Positions 11,340 to 21,200 of a stretch of DNA of 64,000 bases are shown piece by piece. Made by a program: the position numbers and the translations under genes. The DNA is from Dehalococcoidia bacterium (lineage in GTDB: Bacteria > Chloroflexota > Dehalococcoidia > Lucifugimonadales > UBA3495). The notes under the pieces are model-generated. The model saw only the letters and a program-made list of their open reading frames with translations. It had not been told where the DNA came from and did no database searches. The stretch covers positions 1,613,861 to 1,677,860 of the forward strand of contig OY730490.1 in the NCBI GenBank assembly GCA_963422765.1, read 5' to 3'. Numbering within the stretch: position 1 is the stretch's first letter; every line of letters begins with the position of its first letter.

Positions 11340-11432
11340 ACCGGGCGATACGGCAACGCAGGGGCGCACCGCGGTGCGCCCCTACAGGTTTTGTTCGAAA
11401 TTCTTCCCGGCTCGGCAGGTACGGAGAACATA

Positions 11433-12680
11433 ATGAAAGCTGAAATTATGGGCATCGGCACAGAATTGCTGATGGGAGAACTCAACGACACCAACGCCGG
11501 CTGGATAGCAACCCGTTTACCGCCGTTGGGTATCACATTGCAATGGGTAACACTGGTGGGGGATGACCTGGCCCAGTTGACCCATGCCTTCCATAAGGGC
11601 CTCGAACGCTCCGACATCATCTTCACCACCGGCGGGCTCGGCCCAACGCAGGATGACCTGACCCGCGAGGCAGTGGCGGCAACCTTGGGTGAGACGCCCG
11701 CGGTGCAGGAGGATATGGTTGACCAGCTCCGGGGGTATTTCCGCAACCGCGGCCAAGATATGCCTTCGCACAACATCAAACAGGCCTGGCTGATTCCTTC
11801 GGCGCAGTTCATTCCCAACCACAACGGCACGGCACCCGGCTGGTGGGCAGAGCGCGACGGCAAAATCATCATCATCATGCCCGGCCCGCCGGTGGAAATG
11901 CAGGCTATCTTCCGCGAGCAGGTGGAACCGCGCCTGCGGGAACTGGTCACTGAGGAAGTCACCATCACCCGCAATGTCAAGACTATGGGGCTGGGCGAGG
12001 CTGCGGTGGACGAAATTATGTCTGAGTATTTCGGGCGCGAAAACCCCTATCTCGGCATCTACTCCAAGGCGGACGGCATACACCTGCGAGTGATTGCCCG
12101 CGCCGACGACGAGGCCACTGCCCGCCGTATGATCGCGCCAACGGAGCAGGCAATAAAGGACCGGCTGGGTGAATACATCTGGGGATACGACGACGAAACT
12201 CCGGAGCAGGCGGTGGCGCAGGCCCTCCAGTCGCGGGGCAAGACTCTGGCGGTGATGGAATACTGCACCGGCGGGTTCCTGACCAACACCATCACCGAAG
12301 CCAACGACGCCCAGCGCCACTTCCGGGGCGGCATCGTGACCTTCGGCGCAGAGTCGCTGGCGGCGTCCGGCGTCCCGCCGGCGCTGCTGGACAACCACGG
12401 CGCGGTCAGCCAGGAAACGGCCAACGCCATGGCCTCCGCCGCCCTGGCGCAACTGAACGCCGACTACGGCATCGGCGTAACCGGCGCCCCCGGCCCCGCC
12501 GAGCTGGACGGGCGACCCATGGGCCTGGCCTACGTCGCCATCGCCCGCGCCGCCAATGCCAGACCGCAGGTCATCAAAGAGCTTGAACTCCGAGTCCCGC
12601 CCCGCCGAATCACTATCAAGCGCCGAATAAGCAACCAGGCCCTGATAGAGCTGCATAAACTGGTGGAGGCCGGGGAGTAA
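11433..12680 (+). CDS. cinA: CinA family protein (MoCF-like domain plus nicotinamide-nucleotide amidohydrolase PncC domain)
   Basis: The N-terminus [24 protein letters not shown] is typical of CinA. Size is ~415 aa. ATG at 11433 chosen over the longer track ORF. Confidence 0.75.
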   Translation: MKAEIMGIGTELLMGELNDTNAGWIATRLPPLGITLQWVTLVGDDLAQLTHAFHKGLERSDIIFTTGGLGPTQDDLTREAVAATLGETPAVQEDMVDQLRGYFRNRGQDMPSHNIKQAWLIPSAQFIPNHNGTAPGWWAERDGKIIIIMPGPPVEMQAIFREQVEPRLRELVTEEVTITRNVKTMGLGEAAVDEIMSEYFGRENPYLGIYSKADGIHLRVIARADDEATARRMIAPTEQAIKDRLGEYIWGYDDETPEQAVAQALQSRGKTLAVMEYCTGGFLTNTITEANDAQRHFRGGIVTFGAESLAASGVPPALLDNHGAVSQETANAMASAALAQLNADYGIGVTGAPGPAELDGRPMGLAYVAIARAANARPQVIKELELRVPPRRITIKRRISNQALIELHKLVEAGE

Positions 12681-12715
12681 GAGTGTGGCAGAATAGGAGG
12701 TCTGGGGAGAGGCCA

Positions 12716-14239
12716 ATGAGAATCGTTGCGTTGATTTTCCTGGCCGCCGCATTCGCGCTGGCAGCTTGTACCGGCAGCCAAACTGAACCGCCACCAGACA
12801 TTGACGCCACAGTAGCGGCGGGAGTCCGGGCAACCCAAGAAGCGGAAGCGGCGATAGACGCCACCGTGCAGGCGCGCGTCGCCGCCACGCTCACCACGCC
12901 ATACCCCACGGCAACGCCCTATCCCACCGCTACTCCATATCCCACAGGTACACCCTTTCCCACAGCTACTCCATACCCCACAGCTACGCCCTTTCCCACG
13001 CCGACGCCAAGGCCTACACCAACGCCACGCCCCACTCCGACGCCAAGGCCTACACCGACACCCAAGCCTACTCTAACGCCTCGTCCGGCGCCCACGCCAA
13101 GACCGACTTTGTCGCCAGGCGAGAGGCTGTCGCTGACCCAATATGCGGACAGACACGCTGGCGGGCCCGGCGCCATCTACATTGGCGACGGCAACTGGGA
13201 AGCCCTGGTAGGCCCGGCGGTTACTGAAGGAGCCATTGAGGAATTTGGCGAAGACCTCGCCATTTCTCTGGGCGACGACGAAGGCAACGTTCCACTCGAC
13301 GCTATCGCTGATATCCAGTGGGCCTTCGAGTCGGATTACTACCGCTCGCTACCGGAAAAGGCCAGGCTGACTAATCCCACAGAGCTGGTTAGCCAGGGCG
13401 AAAGCATTACGCTACAGCACGCCTGCATCAACCGGACTCTGCTCTGGTGCAAGCACATGGACGCCTATTTCGTCCCCAACGTGCTGGAGCGCACCAACGG
13501 ACAGGTCAAGATTGAAATTACCTCCTTCCCGGAACTGGGCCTGGCCGGGTTCGATACCATGTCTCTACTGGCTGAAGGAACACTGTCCCTCTCGGAGATT
13601 TACGGCGGTTACGTGGGCGGCGAATTTCCCACCCTGGCCGTGCAGTACCTGTGGGGACTGTGGCCCAACCACCAGACCCACTACGAAGCGCTGACCAACA
13701 TTTTCGATGACATCGATAAGGTGATTAAGGACGAAACCGGCGCCCAGGTGCTGTTCCGCAACTGGATTGCCGGCGACGACCAGTTCTTCTTCAGCAAGTT
13801 CAAGCTGGAAAAACCCGAGGACTTCAAGGGCCTCAAGACCCGCAGCCACAGCACTGAGCTGTCTGACTGGATCAACTACATGGGCGCCAACGCTCAGGCT
13901 ATGGCCTTCGCCGAAGTTTACACCGCCCTGGAGCGCGGCATCCTGGATGCCGGCGTAACCGGAGCCAACCCCGGCCTCTCGCAGCGGTGGTACGAAGTGA
14001 CCGACTATATGAATGGGCGGCTGTACAGCTTCAACTCCACCACCAACGTGGTAAACAAGGACGTGTGGGACGGCATTCCCGCCGACCTGCAACAAATCCT
14101 GCTGGAAGAGGGCGCCAAGCATGAACTTGAAGCCCTTCGCCTGACTGCCATCCACAACGTCACCGGCATCTCCCGGAACGTCGAGGCCGGTCTGGAGCTG
14201 GTGGAGTTCGGCCCCGAAATTCGAACGCAGAGCTTCTGA
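12716..14239 (+). CDS. TRAP-transporter solute-binding lipoprotein (DctP family) with Pro/Thr-rich linker; ends at an in-frame TGA
   Basis: Signal peptide with lipobox LAAC, then a PT repeat linker and a DctP-like body (FRNWIAGDD..., LKTRSHS..., [15 protein letters not shown]). The frame stays open for 65 more codons after the TGA (see findings). Confidence 0.7.
   Translation: MRIVALIFLAAAFALAACTGSQTEPPPDIDATVAAGVRATQEAEAAIDATVQARVAATLTTPYPTATPYPTATPYPTGTPFPTATPYPTATPFPTPTPRPTPTPRPTPTPRPTPTPKPTLTPRPAPTPRPTLSPGERLSLTQYADRHAGGPGAIYIGDGNWEALVGPAVTEGAIEEFGEDLAISLGDDEGNVPLDAIADIQWAFESDYYRSLPEKARLTNPTELVSQGESITLQHACINRTLLWCKHMDAYFVPNVLERTNGQVKIEITSFPELGLAGFDTMSLLAEGTLSLSEIYGGYVGGEFPTLAVQYLWGLWPNHQTHYEALTNIFDDIDKVIKDETGAQVLFRNWIAGDDQFFFSKFKLEKPEDFKGLKTRSHSTELSDWINYMGANAQAMAFAEVYTALERGILDAGVTGANPGLSQRWYEVTDYMNGRLYSFNSTTNVVNKDVWDGIPADLQQILLEEGAKHELEALRLTAIHNVTGISRNVEAGLELVEFGPEIRTQSF
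12893..13113 (+). repeat. Coding tandem repeats: (TPYPTA)n followed by (TPRPTP)n
   Basis: The translation reads [72 protein letters not shown]. Confidence 0.9.
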
Positions 14240-14550
14240 GCCGCCCGCGATAGCGTCATCCCCAACTGGCTGAGGCGTCTCGGATACCCAGGGAGGGGAC
14301 AGGACACCGTGGACGTGTTCAACCGCAAAATAGGCCCGCTGGTTGGCCTGCGCATCGAATCGGATGGGCGGGTAGCAACGGTCAGGATAACTGAAGGTCC
14401 TCACGCCGGGCGGACGATGGAGCAGGTGTTGCGGTAATAGACCAGCATTGAGCCTACCGGAAACGGGGGAATTGCGAAAGTCCCGTGATTCGCGCCAATA
14501 ACGTAAGCAGGAAGAGAATTTTGCGATCCTCTCCGAAGACCAACCGCTCT

Positions 14551-14578
14551 TTTACAGCCCCGGCCTGTGCCGTATAAT
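14551..14578 (+). promoter_or_regulatory. Sigma-70-like promoter for the Uma2 gene
   Basis: TTTACA, 16-nt spacer, TATAAT, about 37 nt upstream of the ATG at 14615. Confidence 0.45.
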
Positions 14579-14614
14579 GCCAGCACCTTACCTTCGCGCT
14601 ATGCGAGGCCCGAT

Positions 14615-15400
14615 ATGACTGCCAGACCGCAGGTCGTGGCGCAGCCGGACATCAATCAGCTTCCGCCGCTGCCTGACCCCCCACAGAGAGATATGCAGCA
14701 GCACATGAACTTCGTGCTTCCCGGAGTAGCCAGTTCCCTGGCCCAGCACCTCGGCGCCTTGCTGCCCGGCTCAACCACCCTAGTGGGCGGCGACGGGTAT
14801 CTGTGCCCCAGGCGCTCCGACTATCCAGGCTGTCCCCATCCTGACATGATTGTCGCCTTTGGCGTTGACCCGGCCAGCATCGTCCCCAGCAACGGCTATG
14901 TTATAGAAGAAGTGGGCAAGCCGCCTGACCTGGTGCTGGAGGTGGCCTCCCGCTCCACCGGACGGCGGGACTACATCGCCAAGCGGGGAATTTATGCTGG
15001 CCTCGGCGTACCTGAATACTGGCGCTTCGACCACTCCGGCGGTCGCTATCACGACACAGCCCTAGCCGGAGACAGTCTGTCGGAGGACGGCAAATATCAG
15101 CCTATAACTATAACCACCGAGCCTGACGGCGTGTTGTGGGGCTACAGCAAAAAGCTGGAATTGTCGGTATGCTGGGTAGCGGGCCGCCTGCGCTTCTGGG
15201 ATCGGGCGCAGCAACGCTACCTGCCTAACCAGCCGGAGCTGACCGCAGCGTTGTCGGAAAGCCAGGCCCGCGCCAATGCCGCCGAAACCCGCGCCAATGC
15301 CGCCGAAACCCGCGCCGCCAGCGAACGCCAGGCCCGCACCGACGCCGAAATTCGCATCCGCCTGCTGGAGGAGGAACTCCGCCGCCGACAAAACCCCTAG
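14615..15400 (+). CDS. Uma2-family (DUF820) putative endonuclease with repeat-containing coiled C-terminal tail
   Basis: PDLVLEVAS...RRDY..K...YAGLGVPEYWRFD motifs. The start is set downstream of the promoter. The tail contains the duplicated heptad RANAAET. Confidence 0.7.
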   Translation: MTARPQVVAQPDINQLPPLPDPPQRDMQQHMNFVLPGVASSLAQHLGALLPGSTTLVGGDGYLCPRRSDYPGCPHPDMIVAFGVDPASIVPSNGYVIEEVGKPPDLVLEVASRSTGRRDYIAKRGIYAGLGVPEYWRFDHSGGRYHDTALAGDSLSEDGKYQPITITTEPDGVLWGYSKKLELSVCWVAGRLRFWDRAQQRYLPNQPELTAALSESQARANAAETRANAAETRAASERQARTDAEIRIRLLEEELRRRQNP

Positions 15401-15472
15401 CTGCCATAGAGAAACGCGGCGACTGCCCGCACCGCCCTTGGAGCGGGCAATCATTATGGCGCGCCCCACGTC

Positions 15473-16624
15473 TCAGTTCAGCGTCAGCCCGTCGCCCAGC
15501 TTCGTCAGCGTCTCGCAGCCATCAGCGGTGGTCAACACCGTGTCGCCCACGGACATTGCCAGCTTGCGGTCCCAGTCCAGCAAGATCATGTGCATGAAGA
15601 TGACCATGTTGGGCTGCACCACTACCGGATTGTCGCGGAATATCATCGGCCAGTCCATCCACGTGGGCGGGTAGAGCGCGCCCAGGCTGTAGCCGCAGGC
15701 GTTGAGCTTATGGCCGCCGAACCCGGCCCGGTCGAGAGCGGCGGCATGGGCGTTGAAGATGTCACCAAAAGTAGCACCTGGGCGGCAGGCGTCTTTGCAG
15801 GACTGGAGGGCCTCGGCGCAGGCGGCGTGCATCGCCAGCTGCCTCGAGTTTGGCTGTCCGGTAAGGATTGTCCGCATCAGGCAGGAATGGTAGTGGCGAT
15901 AGGCGCCGCCGAACTCCAGTTGCAGTTGGTCGTTCTCCCCGAGGGTGCGGTATCCGCTGAAGTTGCGCACCATCAGCGCAGTCTCGCCGGAGCCGATGAT
16001 AAAGCGCGTCGCTGCGTAGTCCCCGCCGCCCCGGAAGACGGCCGACTGCATGGCGGCAAGCACGTCCTGCTCCGGCGTTCCGGCGATAGCCGTCCGTTGC
16101 GCCGCCAAGTGCGCCTCGTCGGCCAGCGCCGCTGCGCGCCGCACATATTCAATCTCCGCATCGCTCTTGACCAAGCGCAGGCGGCTGACCATCTCTGATG
16201 CGTCTTCCCATAGGCAGTTGTTTTCCAACGCCGCCCGGACGTATTCCCATCGTTTGCCGGTGAGGCACCATGCTTCCAGCTCGACGCCCACCTTCCGTTC
16301 CCGGCAATCCTGTTCGTCGAGAATCCGCCAGAGGTCATGTCCGGGATTGCTGTCGGCGCCGTCCACCCAGATTCGGATGTCCTCAATCACGGAAGTCAAC
16401 CGAGCCTGGCGCAGGTCTGCTGAGCGGGTCAGCAGGATGAGTTGACCATCAGACCCCAAGTAGAGGCACTGGAATTGGGAATACCCGGTGGTATCGTAGC
16501 CAGTCAGGTAGTACATACTTTCCTGGCGGAAAATCAGCAGCGCGGCCAGTCCGCTCGCCTGCAACTCCGCGGTCACCTTTTCGCGGCGGGAGGCCAGTTC
16601 CTGCTCGGTGAAATGCAAGGCCAT
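15473..16624 (-). CDS. M24-family peptidase (Xaa-Pro aminopeptidase/creatinase-like)
   Basis: Creatinase-like N-domain plus pita-bread C-domain pattern. The ATG at 16624 is preceded by GGAGAGAGGGAAA. Confidence 0.65.
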   Translation of the reverse strand: MALHFTEQELASRREKVTAELQASGLAALLIFRQESMYYLTGYDTTGYSQFQCLYLGSDGQLILLTRSADLRQARLTSVIEDIRIWVDGADSNPGHDLWRILDEQDCRERKVGVELEAWCLTGKRWEYVRAALENNCLWEDASEMVSRLRLVKSDAEIEYVRRAAALADEAHLAAQRTAIAGTPEQDVLAAMQSAVFRGGGDYAATRFIIGSGETALMVRNFSGYRTLGENDQLQLEFGGAYRHYHSCLMRTILTGQPNSRQLAMHAACAEALQSCKDACRPGATFGDIFNAHAAALDRAGFGGHKLNACGYSLGALYPPTWMDWPMIFRDNPVVVQPNMVIFMHMILLDWDRKLAMSVGDTVLTTADGCETLTKLGDGLTLN

Positions 16625-16728
16625 TTTCCCTCTCTCCGTCTGTGAGGCTACCGGACAAGTACACCATATCAGTATAATCTGCGGCAATACTACTACAACC
16701 ACATTAGCAGCGAGGCCGGAGGCGTGTT

Positions 16729-17688
16729 ATGGCAACCGTGAATTCAGTGCTGGGGCCGATAGATTCTGCCGATTTGGGGTTCACCCTGCCCCATGAACAC
16801 CTCATAGACTCATCCGCCGGCATCCGCATCAGCTACGGCGAACTGGAACTGCGCGACCGGGCGCTGGGGATGGCGCTAGAAGACTTCGGCAAGGCGAAAG
16901 CGGGCGGTGTCGACACCGTAGTCGAGGTATCGCCGATGGACTTGGGCCGCGACGTGGCGCTGATGAAGGAGGTTTCCCAAGAGACCGGCGTCAACTTCAT
17001 CTGCTGCACCGGCTGCTGGCTGGACATCCCCCGCAGCTTCTGGTGGCGTGACAAGGAGTTCATCGCAGATCTTTGGGTGCGCGAGATTGAAGAGGGCATA
17101 GACGGGACCAGCATCAAGGCGGGGATAATCAAGGTAGCCACCAGCGACCCAATCACCGAGCACGAGGAGCTGATGCTGCGAGCGTCGGCCCGCACCCACC
17201 TGCGCACCGGCGTTCCCATCACCACGCACACGCCGCCGATGTCGCGCGTCGGGGAGCGGCAGGTGCACATCCTGACTGAGGAAGGCGTGGAGCCGCAGAA
17301 CATCTATGTCGGCCACATCAACCAGACCCTCGACCCGGACTATCACCACGAACTGGCCCGGCTGGGCGTATGGCTGGGCTGGGACATCAACAACCCCTTC
17401 GGCCGCCCCCACCTGCCACCGTGGGAGCAGCGGGCGGAGTACCTGAAAAAGCTGCTGGACGAGGGCCTGGCTACCAGCATGATGCTGTCCCACGACTGGA
17501 ACGTCGTCCTCTCCCGCATCGGCACCTCGGGCTTCCCCACCCGCGACCAGAACCCCGACGCCTACCTTTGGCTCAGCCGCAACTTCATCCCCAAGCTGAT
17601 AGAGCTGGGCGTAACCGAGGCAGTGGTGGAGCAAATGATGGTCGAGAACCCCCGCAGGCACTTCGAGGGATTGCGGGCGGGGGGCTAG
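16729..17688 (+). CDS. Phosphotriesterase-related (PTE/PHP) amidohydrolase-fold protein
   Basis: GFTLPHEHL motif near the N-terminus. Length is 319 aa, typical of the PTE family. Confidence 0.75.
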   Translation: MATVNSVLGPIDSADLGFTLPHEHLIDSSAGIRISYGELELRDRALGMALEDFGKAKAGGVDTVVEVSPMDLGRDVALMKEVSQETGVNFICCTGCWLDIPRSFWWRDKEFIADLWVREIEEGIDGTSIKAGIIKVATSDPITEHEELMLRASARTHLRTGVPITTHTPPMSRVGERQVHILTEEGVEPQNIYVGHINQTLDPDYHHELARLGVWLGWDINNPFGRPHLPPWEQRAEYLKKLLDEGLATSMMLSHDWNVVLSRIGTSGFPTRDQNPDAYLWLSRNFIPKLIELGVTEAVVEQMMVENPRRHFEGLRAGG

Positions 17689-17703
17689 GACAGCATTTGT
17701 CTG

Positions 17704-17771
17704 AATCAGGATTCCCAGGATGAAAAAATGGGCAGGATGCGATAGTTCTGTTCATCCTAGGAATCCTGATT
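17704..17771. repeat. Long inverted repeat (21-bp arms with 1 mismatch, 26-nt loop)
   Basis: AATCAGGATTCCCAGGATGAA ... TTCATCCTAGGAATCCTGATT, directly downstream of the PTE gene stop. Confidence 0.85.
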
Positions 17772-17785
17772 TGTGTTGTGGGGGA

Positions 17786-17905
17786 GAGAAAATTGCGAAA
17801 CTATACTAACCTCTCTCCGTCATTCTTGCTTTCGCAAGAATAACGGGTTGGCGTTTCGGTAAAGCTGCGAGCCTGTTACGGGGCACCCCGTTTCGCAATT
17901 TTCTC
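17786..17905. mobile_element. MITE-like element, short copy (120 nt, perfect 16-bp terminal inverted repeats)
   Basis: GAGAAAATTGCGAAAC at 17786-17801 and its exact reverse complement at 17890-17905. The subterminal sequence is homologous to the ends of the 38115-38545 element. Confidence 0.6.
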
Positions 17906-18061
17906 CTCCGGGAAAACAACTTGACAAGGGCAGGAACGAGGGGCTACGCTTAATGTGGCCCTAGGCCATTGGAAATTTAAGATCCATAAACCTAGGCCGA
18001 GTTTTGTTTTGGAGGTTCGATATGGGCAGATGCTCGCAAAATCCATCTAGAGGAGATAAAA

Positions 18062-18220
18062 ATGGCATTGATCTCCATTGGTCACGTCAGTGTCGTCATC
18101 AATTCCAATAACAACTACGAATCGAACAGGAGAAATTTTATTTTTAGAACCCTTCTTAGTAGTACAGCCTCAATCGTTTTTTTAGCTAACATTTTCATAG
18201 CCATAAAATTCTTGACTTAA
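18062..18220 (+). CDS. Candidate 52-aa peptide with hydrophobic C-terminal helix, in an AT-rich island
   Basis: The ATG is preceded by AGAGGAGATAAAA. Product: MALISIGHVSVVINSNNNYESNRRNFIFRTLLSSTASIVFLANIFIAIKFLT. A strong hairpin follows. A second ORF (18022-18111, 29 aa) overlaps it out of frame and also has a GGAGG RBS. Confidence 0.3.
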   Translation: MALISIGHVSVVINSNNNYESNRRNFIFRTLLSSTASIVFLANIFIAIKFLT

Positions 18221-18227
18221 CCTTGGA

Positions 18228-18255
18228 GGCCCGTCCCGATTCGTCGGGGCGGGCC
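18228..18255. terminator. GC-rich hairpin (11-bp stem) between convergent genes
   Basis: GGCCCGTCCCG-ATTCGT-CGGGGCGGGCC followed by TTTCGTTGCGCTTT on the + strand. It lies 29 nt from the stop of the 1123-aa gene on the - strand. Confidence 0.6.
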
Positions 18256-18283
18256 TTTCGTTGCGCTTTAAGCCGGGAGATTC

Positions 18284-21200
18284 CTACCGTCGCACGAACC
18301 GCCGGGCCGTCAGTTCGCGGTAGAGCATCGGCAGGCGCTCCGGCAGCGACCAGATTTCACCCAGCACCTCGTAGCCCATATCGCCGCACATACTCTTCAG
18401 GTAGTCGTGGCCCGCCTTGTCCACCGTCAGGCAGAAGGGCGTGATGGACTTCTGGCGCGCTTCCACCAAGGCCATGTGGGTATCGTGAACGGCGTACTCC
18501 TTCTCTACTCCCTCACGGCTGTAGCCCCGGTCCTGGGGGCGGCCGTCGCTGACCAGGAACATTATCTTGGTGTGAGCGTCCTGGTTTTCCAGCTTGGTAA
18601 TGGCGTGGCGAATGGCCGCGCCCATGCGGGTAGCGTGGAGCGGCGTTATCTTGTCAATGCGCCGCTTAACCTTGTCGCCAAAGTTTTCGCCAATGTCCTT
18701 GATTACGTAGAACTCGACGTTTTCACGGCCATAGCCGGAGAAGCCATAGATACCGTAGGTGTCGCCGATGGACTCCAGGGCCTGCACCAGCAACGCGGTG
18801 CTTTCCTTTTCCAGGTCTATGATGCGCTTGTAGTTGCGGCGCACCAGCCCCTCGCGGCGGCGGCGCAGCCATACCATATATTCCACCGGGTCGTCGGGCG
18901 CATCGCGATCATCCACCGTCTGGCGGCCTTCATCTATGGCCTCAGCGGTGGAGGCGCTCATATCCAGCAGGAACACCACGGCCACGTCGCGGCGATTGCG
19001 GTTGCGGTGCCAGTAGATTTTGTCGTCCGGCGGAATGTTCATCTTGAGGTCAACCCAGGCCTCGAGCGTGGCGTTGAGATCTAGGTCTTCGCCGTCAACG
19101 AGCCGGTAGGTCTTGCGCATACTCTCCGGCATAATCAGCTCGAACTGACGTCGAATGTGATTGGAGAGCGACTGGTAGTTCTTCAAGGCGTCTTGGTAGA
19201 AGTTTATGTCGCCCTCTTCGACGGTCTTTTCCTTGACGATGCACCAACGGGGCTTGTAGTCATTGGCACGGAAGTCCCATTCGTCGTATAGGAACGTCTG
19301 GGGTTCCCGGGCTTCCAGTTCTCCGCCTTGCTCGTCATCGTTGAGCAGAGGCCCGTAGCCCTGTCCGGGCTGGGAGTTGGGTGGCGGCGCGCCGGCCTCC
19401 TTCATAATGTTCTGGGCGAAAGTGGTCATGGCATCGGTTATGTCGCCCTGCTCTGCGTCCAGCTCCAGTTCGTCGCTGTCCTGGAGGAGCTGCTCCAGCA
19501 TCTCCTGGGTCATCGGCTGGGCCTCGCCCTGCTCTCCGCTGTCGGCTTGGAGCCGGGTGAGGAGCTGCACCATCTCCGGCTTAAAGTCGCCGCGGTAGTC
19601 CACCGGCTCCGGCGACTCGTAAGACTCGTCGCCTTCCTGGCTTTCACTGCGCTGGTCCATATCGGCTTGCAAGCGGTCTATAAGATCCTGGAATTCTTCT
19701 TCGTTGAACTCGCCGGGTTCCTCCAAGTCCTGTTCATCCCACTGATCTTCTTCCTCCTGCTGGTTGGGCAGGCGAGAGATGATTTCGTAGGCTCGCAGGG
19801 TGGCCTCGGCAGTGTCTTCGACGTTGGCCTCGGCAGTGCGAAGTTGGTGTAGGACGCGAGACAGCATCACGGCAACCTCTTCGTACTCCTCGGGAACGGG
19901 CAGGCCGCCAAACTGCTCCAGGCTCATGTGGATGAGCAATTCCACCATTGCCTGCTGCAACGGCATCTGCTCGATTTGCGGGCGGCGCTCCAACGTTTCC
20001 GTCTGCACGCGGGAGGAGGCGCGGCTGATTCCGGGATACTCCACCTTGATGCGGTAATCCAGACGGCAGTCCTCCAGCACGGTGAACAGGTCAAAGGCCA
20101 GCTTGCCGTTTTCGAACAGCGCGAGGAAGCGGCCGATGTCGGTGTAGGCCCGCATAGACCCAGGGCTGTCTGGCATTGGGCCCCCTCCATTCGGCCCCAC
20201 TTCCGTGAAGGTCACTTCGACTTCGGCCTCACCACCGGCCATCTCCCGGGCCAACTCGATCATCGCCTGGCGCGCGGCCTGCTCCTCTGCCCGCTTGGAA
20301 TTGAGTTCCTCCTCCATAGCATGGCGCCGGCCCTCAAATTGGGTTGCGGGTTTGTCAAACAGGAATTCGAAGCTGCCAAATTCCAAGTGGCTGACCTGGT
20401 GAGTAGAAACCACCTTGAACCACGAGAAATTATCCTGCTTGCTGGTGTAATGGTCCACCACGGGAGGCAGGAACACCTTAGAGCCATCGGTGGATGCCGT
20501 GTCTTCGTCCACCCAGCCGATATTGCGGCGCACCAGCTCCTTGGTGTTCATTATCTCGACGCCGGCCCCGGAAAGGGCGCGGCAGTAGAGGCGCAAAATG
20601 CCCTTGACTCGGTCCAGTTCCAGGCTGGAAGACAGGGTTTCCAGCATTGACTCTGAAGTGTTGGACTCTATTTTGAAGAAAGCGATGCCGCTTTCGGGGT
20701 TATCCTGCAACAGACGCATTCCGTGCTGATACCAGGTGTCGAGCTGGCTGACAGTGATGCGGGTAAGCACGCTGTCCAAGCTGCGAAGGAAAGGCGGAAC
20801 GGCCTCCGGCGTCACGGCCACCAACTGGTCGCACAGGTCGAGGATGTAGCCCTGGTTGCCTTGAGGCACGCGCCCCAGAGCCTGGGTGCCGTCGGCGAGA
20901 AACCGGGAGGTGTCGCGCAGGCCCACCTTGGCCAGCCGCTCGCCCAATTTCAGGAATCGGCCGGTCTGGGCTTCGTCTACATGCTGGAGGGCCCGGGGCA
21001 CCAACTCGAGGCAGGTCTTGACTTCCCGCCAACTGGTGTCAATCAGGGCACGGGTCATTGCCAGGAACGGCTCGCGCTCCCGGCCCATGCCCGGCAACAC
21101 GTCTTTGCCCAGGGTCAAGCATTCACTGGCAACGTCATAGGACTTGTAGGACAGCGCCTCAATCAAAGACGCGAACACCTCAACGTCCCAGAAAGGCAGG

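Noticed and set aside
14237-14300. Selenocysteine insertion at the TGA of the TRAP binding protein.
   Set aside because: No SECIS-like hairpin is visible in the first ~50 nt after the UGA. There is no redox-type Cys context, and no selenoprotein family of this kind is known to me. It is kept as an open question under findings rather than annotated as Sec.
14466-14545. Possible third, degenerate copy of the MITE-like element upstream of the Uma2 gene (GGGGGAATTGCGAAAG ... GAGAATTTTGCGATCCTCTCC).
   Set aside because: The similarity to the 16-bp TIR is partial and gapped, and no clear inverted partner exists. It is too weak to call without a genome-wide alignment.
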